A DNA stretch of 64,000 nt from Zygnema circumcarinatum SAG 698-1b (taxonomy: Eukaryota > Plantae > Zygnematophyceae), in assembly GCA_037447605.1 (NCBI GenBank), contig CM074808.1, forward strand, positions 62,001 through 126,000, read 5' to 3'. Of the stretch, positions 1 through 12,102 are shown one piece after another. Positions within the stretch are counted from its first letter, which is position 1; each line of letters starts with the position of its first letter. Under the pieces are notes generated by a model. The model saw only the letters and a program-made list of their open reading frames with translations, was not told where the DNA came from and ran no database searches. The position numbers and the translations under genes were made by a program.

Positions 1-453
1 GGAGGAGCACTCGACTGCAGCACACAGACACACATGCCGTGCCCGCCTCTCTTTCTCTCCACTCCCTGACGATCACAACTACCTTCTTCTTCTGTACCTC
101 AGAGAAAGGAAAGCAACCTGCCGCTGCTTCTGCTGTAGGAAGGCGAGCCAGAGGATATCATCTTCAGGCGCCTGCCATGACTCCCCAGCGCGCGAATGGA
201 CGTACAAATGGCACCGAGCCCCTACCATCGAGTTACGACTTGCCAACCTTTCCAGATCTAAACTTCTAAACCTGCAGGTTTGCTGATCAGACAACTTGCC
301 ATTTCCCAAGTTCTTTATCAAGAGGACCCCCCTCTCCATGTGTTCCTCGAGCCCCCTCGCCCCGTCTCCCCATAGCCCCCCCCTGGCGGGAAGTGGCGGA
401 AGTCGTCCTCTTGTGTTTGCCGCGCGTGTGTCCACGGTCTGCCGCGGGCCTCC

Positions 454-3400
454 TCAAACGGAGGGGGGCCGTTCTGCGTCTGCACGAGGGGCCAAAAAAT
501 GAGAGGGACAATGCCACAGACCCACAGAAGCAGGACAACCCCAGAAGGCTGCAAAGCCCTTGAAGAACTGCACCACAAATAAGATATGCGGAAAGGCCAA
601 AGCACCCCCCACCTTTGGTGCGGCAGAGGCGGCCATCCGGCGCAGCGCCCTCCCGCCCTCCCGCCGCCGCTGCCTGTGCAGCCTCTGCACCGCCTCGAAC
701 TGCTGCATGCGCTCCTCGAAGTCGAAGCTCTGAACTGCTTTAGCATCCGCATGCGAGTTGCCCTCCAAGTCGTCTGTACTTGATGTTTTCAAACTGCGGA
801 TCTCCTCCGCATTCGGGTTTTTCGGGTTTCCAAAGGTGAAGGCATGGCCGCCGGGAGCCATGGCTCCCGCTGAGGGAGCACGTGACGAGACATTAGTTTG
901 CTCCTCGTAAGGGAGAGGAGTGAGAGGTGCCGCCGCGTCTTCCCCCGGAAAGGGTGCTTCCCGGAAAGGGATTATTCTCTTTTCAGCTTCGTCTTGGCTG
1001 GGCCTCCCTCGAGAAGGGAGGGGAATTTGCATGAGGGCATGAGTGGGAACTGACTTCAGACGCGTACGGAGAACTTTGAAGGCCCCGCTTTGCTGCATAT
1101 ACACAGAGAATACAAAAGAGGCGAATGAAAAGGGAACGGCGAAATGAATTCTCGTTAAAACAGGAATTTTCAGTTCTCTGCCACCCCCATTTTTTGTGGG
1201 GGTAGACAAAGTACATAAGAAAGCTCAAAAACGATTCCTGGTTTTTGCCACCACGAGGTGGTCGGGAGGCACCTGAGGAAGAAGCATGAGGAGGCCGTAG
1301 AGAGTCTTCAAGAGGGCCGAGTACCGCCCCGGCTCCAAAAGCTGTGCAGCCTCCCCCCCCTCCCAACAGCTCAGGCAGTGCCAGGACTGGCGTGCAGAGG
1401 GACCGCAGAGGCAGGTGGGCTTTAGAGCAACAAGGGGAGGATCATGCCTGGAGGTGCGCAGTCATATGCCGTGCTTTGCATACTTTCTCTACCTTGTCTA
1501 CAAGAAGACCATAATTTAGGACGGGCAAGAATGATGAGCCATCGCACTCCAGGCATGGAATAAGTTCAGACCTTAAACCCAGTCCTAACTCAGCCATAAG
1601 CGTACCTCTAGTTCTCTATTTTCACCTCACCTCGATCTTCCTGACCCTACTGCCAAAAACCCTGAACCTGCCCCTACGCAAGCCAAGTCCTGTCCCTAAG
1701 CCTGATCCCCGAACCCCACAAGCCCTGAGCTTCTCCCAGACGAGTGCAGACCTGCAGGCGGAGGTAGGCGAAGATGGGCGTCTCGAGGAGGTGCACGAGG
1801 CGGTCGAGCTGCACGAGGAGGTTCGCGTTGATGTCGTCCTCCCCGAGCGAGGCGAGCATGGCCGCCGCGTGGCCGTACGCCTGCGCGAGGAGGCAGAGGC
1901 TGAGCGCGGCCGCGGGGGAGTGGCACCACGACCGGTGCAGCGCGCCGAAGAACGCGCGGCCCTCCGCCAATACCAGGGACCGCTTCAGGAGGGCGCGCAG
2001 CCCGCCCAGCTCCGCGGCCGTCAGGAGGATCAGGTTCAGGGCCTGCCAAGGGCAACAACAACACTTTAAAGGTGCTGTTCGTAGAGGTAGAGGGCCTTGG
2101 ACTCGCAAGGGTTTATACAAAAGGATACGAATAGTGTGAATGAGTACCTGAACCATGATGGTCGCGAATTCCATGTCCGCCTCTGTTTCGAGAATCGCCG
2201 CCAGCTCTCGGTATATCTGCTCGGCGTCAAGGAGGACACACAGCTGACGGAGGGCCATGCTCCCCCTCCTGCAAGAGAGCCGTCAAACCCGTCAAAATAC
2301 TAGAAGAAGGAGAAGAAAAGAAGACGAAGTAGAAGAAGTAGTAGTAGTAAGGATGCGAAGAAGAAGAAGGAGAAAAAGAATAAGACGAAGAATAAGTAGG
2401 AGAAGAAGACGAAGAACACAAGAGCCACAGTTATCTTGAACAGAAACACGCAATGGATGAACCTGGGAGGAGGTGGGGGGGGATCAAGAAAAACTCCATT
2501 AGACCCTCTGTCCGCATGGAACCCAAGAAAGAAATTTTGCAAAACCTCGATAATCTGCCAGCTCCCTCACTCATTGCTGCCTCCTCTTACCTAAAGTCCC
2601 TACAGCCTACAGAAACTCATGTGACGACCCTCAAAAGTCCCTGAACCCTTCCCTCCCCTCAAACCCGAGTGCGGCGAGGGCGCCGCACCGTACTTTTCAA
2701 GCAGCGCGCGGTCGGCGTTGAAGCGCTGCAGAAGCAGCGCGAGCAGACGCGGAAACTGGGGGGGGTCGCGGGCCACCGCCGCCAGGACCTCCAGCACAAG
2801 CAACACCACCTGCCGCAGGGAGGGGAGAGGCTGCTTGGAGGAAAGGGAGAGGGAGTGGGAGAGGGAGAGGGGGAAACTTTGTGGTCTTAAAATACTAGAA
2901 AGCCAAACAAGAAGTCAGAAGGAAAGCTGAGTGGTTACCTCATCTGACGAGTCGGAAAGAGCCTGGAGAAGGGCGTCAAACAGAAGTATGTTTTGATCGT
3001 CCAGATAGGCGAGAACCTGCCAAGAGCGCAACCATAAAATAAAACACAATGGCGATGGTTAAGGACGCAGAGCTGCATGCGATGTGAAAGCAGCGACAGA
3101 ATTTATGTCATCCACGGCGTGCAAGTTCAAAAGGCAACTTATAACCTCGTTCCGGTAGAAGGCCAAAACCTTATAATCCTGGACAGCCTACATACTTCTG
3201 GTCGGAAGCGGTCCAATAGAGTCGCGATCCAGCGCAAGGCTTCAAGTCTCGTTGCCTCCCACTCGCTGCTCAGCTCCCTGCTTAAGAAAAAGAAAAAAAA
3301 AAAAACACTCAACATCAGACACGTTCGTATGTTTTCTCAATGTCGATAAAACCCTAGGAATAGCAGGGTTCAACAGTTGCCCACACTAAGATTGTTATGA

Positions 3401-6400
3401 ATCTTAAAGAGTGAGAAACCCCAGTGTGGTCGAACGATGCGCATAGCAGATACCCCCCCCGAAAACCCTCAAGAACCTTCCAAAGCCGGAAACTCTACAA
3501 GCAACAGATGCGAACACACGATGTGCTCCCTTCAGACCCCGCACAGCAGCACCCGCGTCCCGCCCCAAAAGCCCCCAAAGCCGCGGCAGGTCGCACCGTC
3601 GGGCGATGGAGAGCACCGCCGCGATGTCAAAGCCCTCCGCGATGCTCTTCGGGCTAACGCGGGTCAACTGCTCGTCGTTGGTCTCTTTGGCCACCTGCAC
3701 CGGGCAGAGGGGAAAACGCTCTTCAGGGGCGAGGAAGGGATGGACACAGGAAACAAACACAGGAAAAAGAGGGGGGGTGGAAGGGGATAAAAACAGATTC
3801 TGATTCCACGACCGAAGGGGCATCGGACTCGACGATGGGAACTCTAGAAAGCTGCAGATGGCAAAAGGACGACACAGGCAGAACCGGACAACAAGGAGCT
3901 ACATCCCTACGGGATTGAAATCAAGACAGTATCTAGAACCCAAAAACCATAAAGCTCACCCATTTTTATCATGCTGCAAATGGATTTCATTCAAAGCCCG
4001 GAAAACTGCAGATGCGGGACCTCAATAGCGTCGATCTTCGTGCATAGTCCTGATCCTCATCTACAACAACCCTATAAAACCTCAAACCCCTCCTCACTGT
4101 TTCTGCATCTGCTGTGTTCGCTCCTGCGATACAGACCGACAAAAAGAGGGAAAACCCCTAGTACTCTAAAGCCTGCAGAGGAGGGTGGCCCTACCGCGCG
4201 AATCTTCTCCTCCTTGTCGGCGATGCAGGGCAGCACCGCCCCCAGCACGGCCGCATAGTACGGCACCAACTGGGTGCCTCCCAGCTTCACAAACTCGTGG
4301 ATCTGCACTCCGCAAAAGGACACTGCTCACTTCTTTTTGCCCTTCCTCAGAAGCAGCCGCAGGAAGGGAATCCCCCCGCAAGCTCACCCAAGTGATGGCC
4401 GTGAGGCGTGTGAACTCCTCCAGGGAGCCTGCCCGCTGCACCAATATTTCTGCCATCCGCCCGTACTCGACTGACTGCGCCCGCCACAGAGTGCCACTGC
4501 TCGGAGGTCAGAGAGCGCAAACCCTCCTCGCAGTACACAACTTTCTCACCCTCCCTCGCCATTTCTCTCCCCTGCATCTCTCCAAACCCTCTCCCTCTCC
4601 CCCTCATCCTACCCCTTGGCTTATCAATCTCTCACTTTGTTTGGCTTTTCCTTTCTCCCTCTTGTCCTCACTCCCTGAGTCTCTCGCTCGCTCCCTTTCT
4701 CTCCTCCACCCAAAATTGAAGACAGCGAAAGGAAAGCAAAACCAAAAGCCTCAAAGCACTTCAACAAAACAAACACCTATAAACTCTAGGAATTCGAAAG
4801 CCCTGTAAGAAAAAACCCTCAGAGCAGACGGAGTCTTCCTCCAAATTTTCAAGGCTTGGAAGATCCCTCTAAAAAGCCAAAGAACCCAAACAGATGGGAA
4901 GAAACACCAACAGGCGCATTTTTTATTTCTTGAAGAAATTCGCGAAGCGCGCTGTCGGCCTGCACGCGAATCTCGTGGGCGGAGTCGCCCAGCATGTTGA
5001 ACAGCCCTGCCACCCTCCGCCCACCCCCCCCACTCGCGCTTCAAAGCAACTCAACGACCACTTAATTGATTATCCAACTCGGCATTATTTCCATTCAGCA
5101 TTGCAAGCCATAGCAACTCGGAGAATCCTGAAGGAAAAACGGGTACGAGCTAAAGAAAGCTTACGACTGACTCATGGTTACTGTCAGAACTAGGGGTGCT
5201 CGGATTCAAGGGCTAACTGGTTGCAGGACTAGGTTAGGGTTAGGAGTCCTGCTGCTGCTGCTGCTGCCAAGAACGGACTCTCAATCCTAATCTTTCCTTC
5301 TCCTACAATCCCTTCACTGCTTTAAAGGCAAGGCGGGCAAGTGATTGGTGAGTTGATGAAGCACGAGCTGACCGTCGAGGAAGTCCGGCAGGAAGCCGAG
5401 CATGTCGATGTCCGGCACGCTGTCCAGCACGGTGATCCACCCCACCAGGAACTGCCGCACGCTCGGACTCAGCACGTGCATGCGCTCGCGCAGGAGGGGG
5501 ATGAACGCCTCGATGCTGCCACGTGGCACCCGCACCGCTCAGCACCCGCACTACTTCACACTCCCTCAACCGCTGAAGATGGCCTAACAAAGAGGCCCAG
5601 GGCTCACCTGAACTGGTCGCTCTCAGTCACAATGTCCTGCCCAAGGACGGACAAACCCAACCACACAGTTTGAGGTCAGCTCTTCCGAAATCACCATCAC
5701 TTGGTTCGATTATCCTGAGAGCCCTAAAAACCTCAAAAACAATATATTTCTCCAGAGGCCGATCATCAGGACTGTCACGCAACTGGTTTCCATTGATGGT
5801 GCACCTGGTGGTCCAGAATATTTCAAAAAGAAAACAAACGATTTGACGAGCAAGTGATTCGTCCCGTGCCTTGACGAGTCGGTCCAGCAGGTGCGCGGCG
5901 CCCTGCACGTCCGGGTTCGCGTCCGCGGAGAGGCGGCACAGCGCGTCGAACACGTCGTTGAAGAACACGATGAAGTCGCCGCGCGAGACCTGCAGAATTA
6001 CCCTCATAGAGAGAGCAACTGTTCTGTGTGGGAGGACGATGAACGATGAAGGGAGAGACAGAGACGTAGCGAAGGGAGAGATTAGGAAAAGAAGAAAAAC
6101 GCGAAATGTACCTTTGCGATATTGTAGAGAGCCTCGCAGGCATAGTAGCGCACGCGGCTGTCCTGGTCTTGGAAGGACTTCAGCACGGGAGGCACTATTC
6201 TCTGCCACTCCAACAAGCTAAAACGCAAACGTCAAAAGGTTGTCAAAAACAAAAGTGTCCACAGAAAAAACAATGAAGCGTTGTTTCCCATTCAAGAAGA
6301 AAGGCAGATTTGGAAAAGGTAAAACGTGGTTCGTGCAACTGGCTTCGTATGAAGGTCGCCATGTTTGTAGCGCATGCAGTCCCTTCTCAAAATTGTATAA

Positions 6401-7506
6401 CTGAAGTGGACCTTTTAGTGGGCAAATTGAAGGTTCTGAACGACTGTCTACACAAACATGAAACTGTAATAGAACCCGTGACATTTAGAGTTTGCAATAA
6501 GTCCTTAAACTTAGGCATATGCCCCACTATCGTTGTCTGCTCCAGGAATTACGCGGTCTCTAACGGCCCAAAACGCAATAGGAACCGACGAATCCCTTTG
6601 TCATTTCCTCCATGAAATTTCCGTAAACCAACAAGCTATGCAAGGGTGCCCAAGCAGTCGAGCCATCCCGCCCCCCGCGAGCCGCGGCGAGGAGCGGAGC
6701 CCACCTCCAGGTGCTGCGCCGCCTCGCCCGCCAGCCCCACCGTGGCCGCCGCCAGGCCAATCAGGCCGCCCTGCACTCCTCGCAACCGCACCACAGATTA
6801 CTCGTAACGGAACAACACAAACTCCTCAGAGTTCGCTTAGGGCCGAGGAGCTTTCGGAAGGGTCTAGTTGAATGTTTGTGAGGATTGCGAGACAAGAGGT
6901 TGATGATCACAACGGCGTTGGACGGCACCGGTTTTTTAATGTCGCACTTGAAAATTCCTCTCCTTCGGAACGTTTTCTTCTTTGCATTTTTCTTAGATGC
7001 AGAACGTTTGAAATATTTCAAATCTTTTGAGAAAAAAATTGTAAGTTCTACCTTGCGATGATTCGCCTGAGGCGCAAACACGAATTCATTCACCAAAAGG
7101 GTGACGACAGCGTTGATGCGCTCGTGGTCCCCCACCTGGTTTAGCTGCTTCACCACGCTCTCCACCTGCACATCACATCCCCAACAACGCCTCAAAATCT
7201 GAAAAAAGTGCAGGGGAATTGGCAGCAGCGCCCAGAATCCAACACCCTGCACTTTAACAGCTCACGTTTTACCAAGCCTTAAATCTGGCGACATTCAGCG
7301 AAGCTTTTTCCGTCAAACAGTAGCAAAAGGAGGAGAGGGAAGGGAGGAGACGGAGGGGGGACGGGGGCGAAAAGGGGGGGGAGGGGGATTGGGGGTAGCA
7401 GAATTCGACAAACCTCAAGAGCGGCGTTCTTCCTTTTTTCGTACAGCTTGTCCCCCAAGTTACGCAGACAGCTCTGCGGAAGCAGAGCGGACGGATTGTC
7501 CGCCAT
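454..7506 (-). CDS. VAC14: VAC14 (PI(3,5)P2 regulatory complex scaffold, HEAT repeats); multi-exon, 3' end uncertain and may extend towards the window start
   Basis: ATG at 7506 gives [31 protein letters not shown]. Later exons read ...[114 protein letters not shown]|[12 protein letters not shown], matching plant VAC14 as I recall it. Exons join in frame at GT/GC-AG sites. Confidence 0.93.
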
Positions 7507-8790
7507 GGCTCTCACTCCAAACAAAAATCTTCAAAGCTTCCCCCGCTTAATCAATAGCTATGAAAGACTGCAATTCGCTGTCAAGAGCTAAGCCAATTCA
7601 GCGGAGGAGGAGGAAATAACTCATTTCCGTCGTTAGATACTAAACCCGAAACTCGCAGAGGGCCTGCAGCAAGGAGAGGCTAAAGAAGCGCGGGCCTGCC
7701 GTTCGCAGCAGCGCTGCAGGCAGAGCCTCCTGCACTTCGTTTGCAAACAGTGAATTTGCCGCATGCGGGAAAACAGGACCTTTCATGCTGCCGAAAAACC
7801 TATAAATTCTCTCTAAGAACCTGAAAAATCCAGAATTTCGAAAGGATCATAGGCTCCTAGAATCCTGAGTACCACCGTACTGGTGTCAATGAAAGAAGCA
7901 TTCTTGCTGCGCAGCAGGGCTGGCTGCCTGTCTGCAGTGCGCGTCCTGCAAGTGCCAGTGCTGGCCCAAGAGCACTCCCGCGCGCCTGCACGCACGAAGC
8001 TGCCGCTCACCCGATACTGTACTGTATCGTATCGAAACTCGCATCGCATCGCGTCGTAGGCACCCTGCTCCGCAGAGGGCAGGCATGGCAGTAACATCAA
8101 CAGTGTTGTGATAGCAAACACGAATAAGCGCACTACTTCATGGTCGCTTTGCCACGACGTTGTGGGATCACACGGCGCTTCATTTCCTGCGCGACCAGCG
8201 CTTTCGAGTACGGTACTGTGCAGTCCACTGCGAGTGAGCAAGCGAGGCTGCTTTCTTCTGTCCTGTGCCTCAGGTAGGCAAGCACGTAGCAAAGTACGAA
8301 ACGTGTGGCGCGTGCATGTGCGCATGCTTACGTGCGTGGGCTGCTCTCGCGTGTGCGTCGCTAGAAGGCCATGCGACAGGAATGCATGAGGATGGATGTG
8401 CAACAACATCACCAGCGCCATTGGAACTGAAGCGGGGAGACAGCGGGGCAGGCAGGCAGGCAGGCAGGCTCAGTCACAGGGTCAGGATGTCGAGGACCAG
8501 AGGGGCAAGAAAAAGGGTCAACACTTCATCGCGAGATCAGTGTCAAAAGAATTGACGACACTTTTTCTTTTTTGCGTAGTCTATTTATATAGGACAAATG
8601 TATCACAAGAATCTTAGGAAGTTACAGAATAATACAGATCGTCCTACTGTATTCAGTTACAGATTTTTACTTTGGGACAACCTTGGCGATTGTGAATGTT
8701 TTCCAGTGCTATGCTATGCTATGGGACTTTTTTTATTCTATTTCAAAGTCGCTCATTTCCAATGCTATGGTTCATGAAACGCAATGGGTT

Positions 8791-8901
8791 TGGCACTGAC
8801 CTCGCGATGGCGATGCCGTCAAACGTACATGGACAACAGCAGCAACATGGGGAACCACGGGGAGGCGGTTGCAAATGACCTTGGGACGAAAAAACAAAGC
8901 T
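8791..8901 (+). repeat. Short dispersed repeat, copy a
   Basis: TGGCACTGACCTCGCGATGGCGATGCCGTCAAACGTACATGGACAACAGCAGCAACATGGGGAACCACG aligns at roughly 85% over the first 70 nt with the reverse complement of 16120-16236. Confidence 0.75.
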
Positions 8902-8924
8902 TTGAAAGGAACTCTGCTTGCAGC

Positions 8925-9039
8925 CAGTGGCGGATCCAGGATTTTTGCTCACGGGAGACTAAGCCCATTTCATTAAAAGGAATTTGAATTTTCAAAAATC
9001 GCAGTGGGGGACCAAGTCGTATGTGGAGGTTCGCCACTG
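8925..9039. mobile_element. Possible 115-bp hAT-like miniature element or remnant
   Basis: Begins CAGTGGCGGATCC and ends GGTTCGCCACTG (reverse complement CAGTGGCGAACC). No 8-bp TSD (CTTGCAGC vs TCATACGG). Confidence 0.3.
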
Positions 9040-9631
9040 TCATACGGTACGGCCACGCACGCGAGCAAGCAAGCACGCTTCCGTTTGGAACATGCATGCA
9101 TGCATGCGTGCATGCAGGCGTGGTCGCACGGCCCTGCCGCCCGGCAGCCGGGGGGGGCTCACACCGGCGACCGCTACGGGACTGGAATTGGAACTGGAAT
9201 TGCGCAAGCGACGGCCGTCCCGAGGATCCCACGGGGCCGCCCGCCTCCTCCGCTGTACGGTCAGCCGCCCGTCCACCCGGACGCTCGCCGTACAGTAACA
9301 GGTGCAGGGCCGTACGGCCCTTCGCGATTCTTCCTGATTCGTCCCGCAGCGTCTCGCAATCGTCCGGCAGTGAGCGCGCGCGAGGAAGCCCCCCCCGCCC
9401 GCGCTCCAGGTGGCGCCAGCCCCGGCCCCCCCCCAGGCTGCATGCAAGCATGCATCCATGCGTGAGCGAGCGAGCAAGCGACGTGGCGGGTGGACCGTAC
9501 GGCAGGCCTGGCCTGACTCGCCTTCGCTCGGATGGAGGCGTGGGCTCGCGCTCGCTGCCAGGACCGCGTACGGATGCAGCTTGCCGTGCGTACGTTACGT
9601 TATTTTTCCTTTTACGAGGTGGATATAATAA

Positions 9632-10624
9632 GGAAAATTCTATTCTCACACCTTTTTTGTCTACACGCAGGCCTCTTTTCGCCGGGCAGATTTTAAAATA
9701 GCACAAAAAAAGAACACACCTTTCACACCTTTTCACCCTTTTTTCTTTCACCTTTTTTTTCACACCTTTTTGGAATCGATACACACCTTTCTCCGTCGGG
9801 CAGATTTTACCCCTTCTTGTTTTTTTCAGAGAAAAAAATATCGGCCTGCCCGAATCCTCTCCGAGCGGAAGATCCGTCCGCCACGAGATCGTTCGCGGGT
9901 GGCCGTCCTTCACACGTGACTCTACACCGTCGATTCTAGCTCAGATCGCACCACGGCAGATCGGCAGATCGGCAGCACCGGGCTTGGTCACACGCCCACG
10001 TGTCCCACCCAAGCAAGCTCAAAGGTCCGTACACAAGTCGTACGGTCGCAGCTTCGAGGAAAGTCTAAATTCCTTAACATTGAGAGCTTGAACCAATCAC
10101 CATCTGCCGCGTGCGCGTATTAGACGTGGCAAACTGTGATTGGTACATGCACTCAATGACTAAATACGTTTTTTTGACTTTCCTCGAAGCTGCGCCTTAT
10201 GTACGGTCCATTGAGCCGGCTTGGGTGGGACACGTGGGACAGAGAACGGCTGCTGATCGAACGGTGATCTGCCATGGTGTGAACTGCGTGAAAATCGACG
10301 GCGGGAACTTATTGCACGTGTAAAGGACGGCCACCCGCGAACGATCTCGTGGCGGACGGGTCTTCCGCTCCGAGCGGATTCGGGCAGGCAGATATTTTTT
10401 TCTCTGAAAATATAAGATGAGTAAAATCTGCCCGACGGAAAAAGGTGCTCACGGCGCTCGGCCGCTCAGGACTAGTAGCGTGTATCGATTCCAAAAAGAT
10501 GTGAAAAAAAAGGTGAAAAAAAAGGTGAAAAAAAAAGGTGTGTTCCTTTTTTGTCTATTTTAAAATCTGCCCGGCGAAATGAGGTCTGTGTGTAGACAAA
10601 AAAGGTGTGAGAGTAGAATTTTCC
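9632..10624. mobile_element. Foldback MITE copy 1: whole-length imperfect palindrome with 8-bp TSD
   Basis: Ends GGAAAATTCTATTCTCACACC... and ...GGTGTGAGAGTAGAATTTTCC. Flanks TATAATAA (9624-9631) and TATAATAA (10625-10632) are identical. Inverted symmetry runs to the centre near 10118 (e.g. 10048-10065 GCAGCTTCGAGGAAAGTC vs 10176-10193). No coding capacity. Confidence 0.88.
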
Positions 10625-10789
10625 TATAATAATATTCCCTGGCTTGCTTGCTGGTCCGCCGTACGACACCCCACATGCAGCGTAGGGCATATTAGCGTAC
10701 GGCATATTATTATTATTATTATTTATATTCGCACCGCCCCCGGCCGCACATTCCCCAGCGGCAGGCCATTCGGATGGTCCGACTGGCAG

Positions 10790-10990
10790 CCATGGATGGA
10801 GGGATGGATGAAGGGATGGAGGGATGGATAGATGCAGGGACGGATGGATGGATTCATGGATGAATGGATAGATTCATGGATGGATGGATGGATGGCTGGA
10901 CGGCGTCATGCATGCCATGCTCCTCTCCACCGCAGAGTGATGCCTGCCCGCCTGCCCGCCTGCCCGCCTGCCCGCCTGCCCGCCTGCCGG
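10790..10990. repeat. Simple repeats (GGAT)n and (GCCTGCCC)n
   Basis: Runs of ggatggatgg and gcctgcccgcctgccc are directly visible. Confidence 0.85.
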
Positions 10991-12102
10991 ACGGTCCTGC
11001 AGCAGCAGCAGGTCCAGGACCGCGGCGGCGGGCCGCCCGGCGGGCGGTGCCGGCCGGGTCTTCCTGGCGGATGGGGTCATTACTGACGTCACGCATGCTG
11101 CCTGCCTGCCTGCCAGCCAGGCAGCTAGGGTTGGGGGCGCGGTCCCCCTCCGACCCGTGCCCCAGGGCATGCGGGGGCCATGCCCGGGGACATGCCCCTT
11201 TCTCGTGCCCCGTGACGTGACTACATTGTGAACGCCATTGTTGTCAATAATGGCCACCGTCCCGGCCGTGCTAGCCAAGCGTCACGTGACATGGGCACGG
11301 GGGGCACGAAATCCTCGCCTGCGGGGGCACGGTCGACAACGGGGGGCGCGCCTCCAACCAACCCTCCCGCCAGCCAACCGCCGCCCGCCCGCCCGCCCCC
11401 AGCCGAACCAACCCTTGGCCAGTCGGTCCGGTTGGTCGGTTGACTGGCGGCCGCGGTCTCCGGGCACCCCAAAGCCGCTCGTGCGGCGGAAAGGGAGGGC
11501 CAATGGTCGCACGCGCGAACATGGAGCCGCGGGCCGCGCATGGAGCCGCTCACTCGCGCGTGCGGGCGGAATCTCCCGTGGCGTAGCATATTCCCCTTCA
11601 ACGCGTGAGGGAGGGAGGCCGCCCCCCCCGGGCGTCCGGCCCTGAGCCCGAAGCGCGCCCGCGCCGTCCGATGCCGCGCCCGCCTGCGCCCCCACCGTCG
11701 ATGAGCGCGAGCGGGTGGGCGGGCTGACGGGCGGATGGATGGCGGGAATCTGCATGCGGGCCAGCGGGGGGCGGATTGGGAATATGTCGTCAGCAGGGGA
11801 GCCCAGATCGCGAGTTGGCGAGCGAGGGAGGGCTTTGGGACTGCTGCGGGGGGCAGGGAGGGAGGGAGGGAGGCGGCCGGGGCGGAGGGCTATAAGGAAG
11901 GAAGGGGAATTTAAGGGGGGTTGAAGGTACGCTGATCCACGTTACGTCGTCATCAGGTGTTGTAAGGATATTGAAGGGAGGTTGGCAACCAAGGTTTTGC
12001 GAACGTTTTGGAGAGTTCAGGAAGGAGGACGTTGAAGTGAGTTCAGGGAAGGGTTTTGAAAGGCGGTTGTGAACGTGGGATAGGGTCCTGGCAGAGTTCT
12101 GG

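Noticed and set aside
9100-9120. CATGCATG (RY, B3-domain) motifs
   Set aside because: Part of (GCAT)n simple repeats that are common across the intergenic DNA here, so not distinguishable from background.
8819-11755. Many 100-360 aa ORFs in the VAC14-cyclin intergenic region and in 28268-30535
   Set aside because: They arise from GC-rich simple repeats and MITE arms. There is no transposase or other domain motif, and the mirrored ORFs reflect the inverted repeats.
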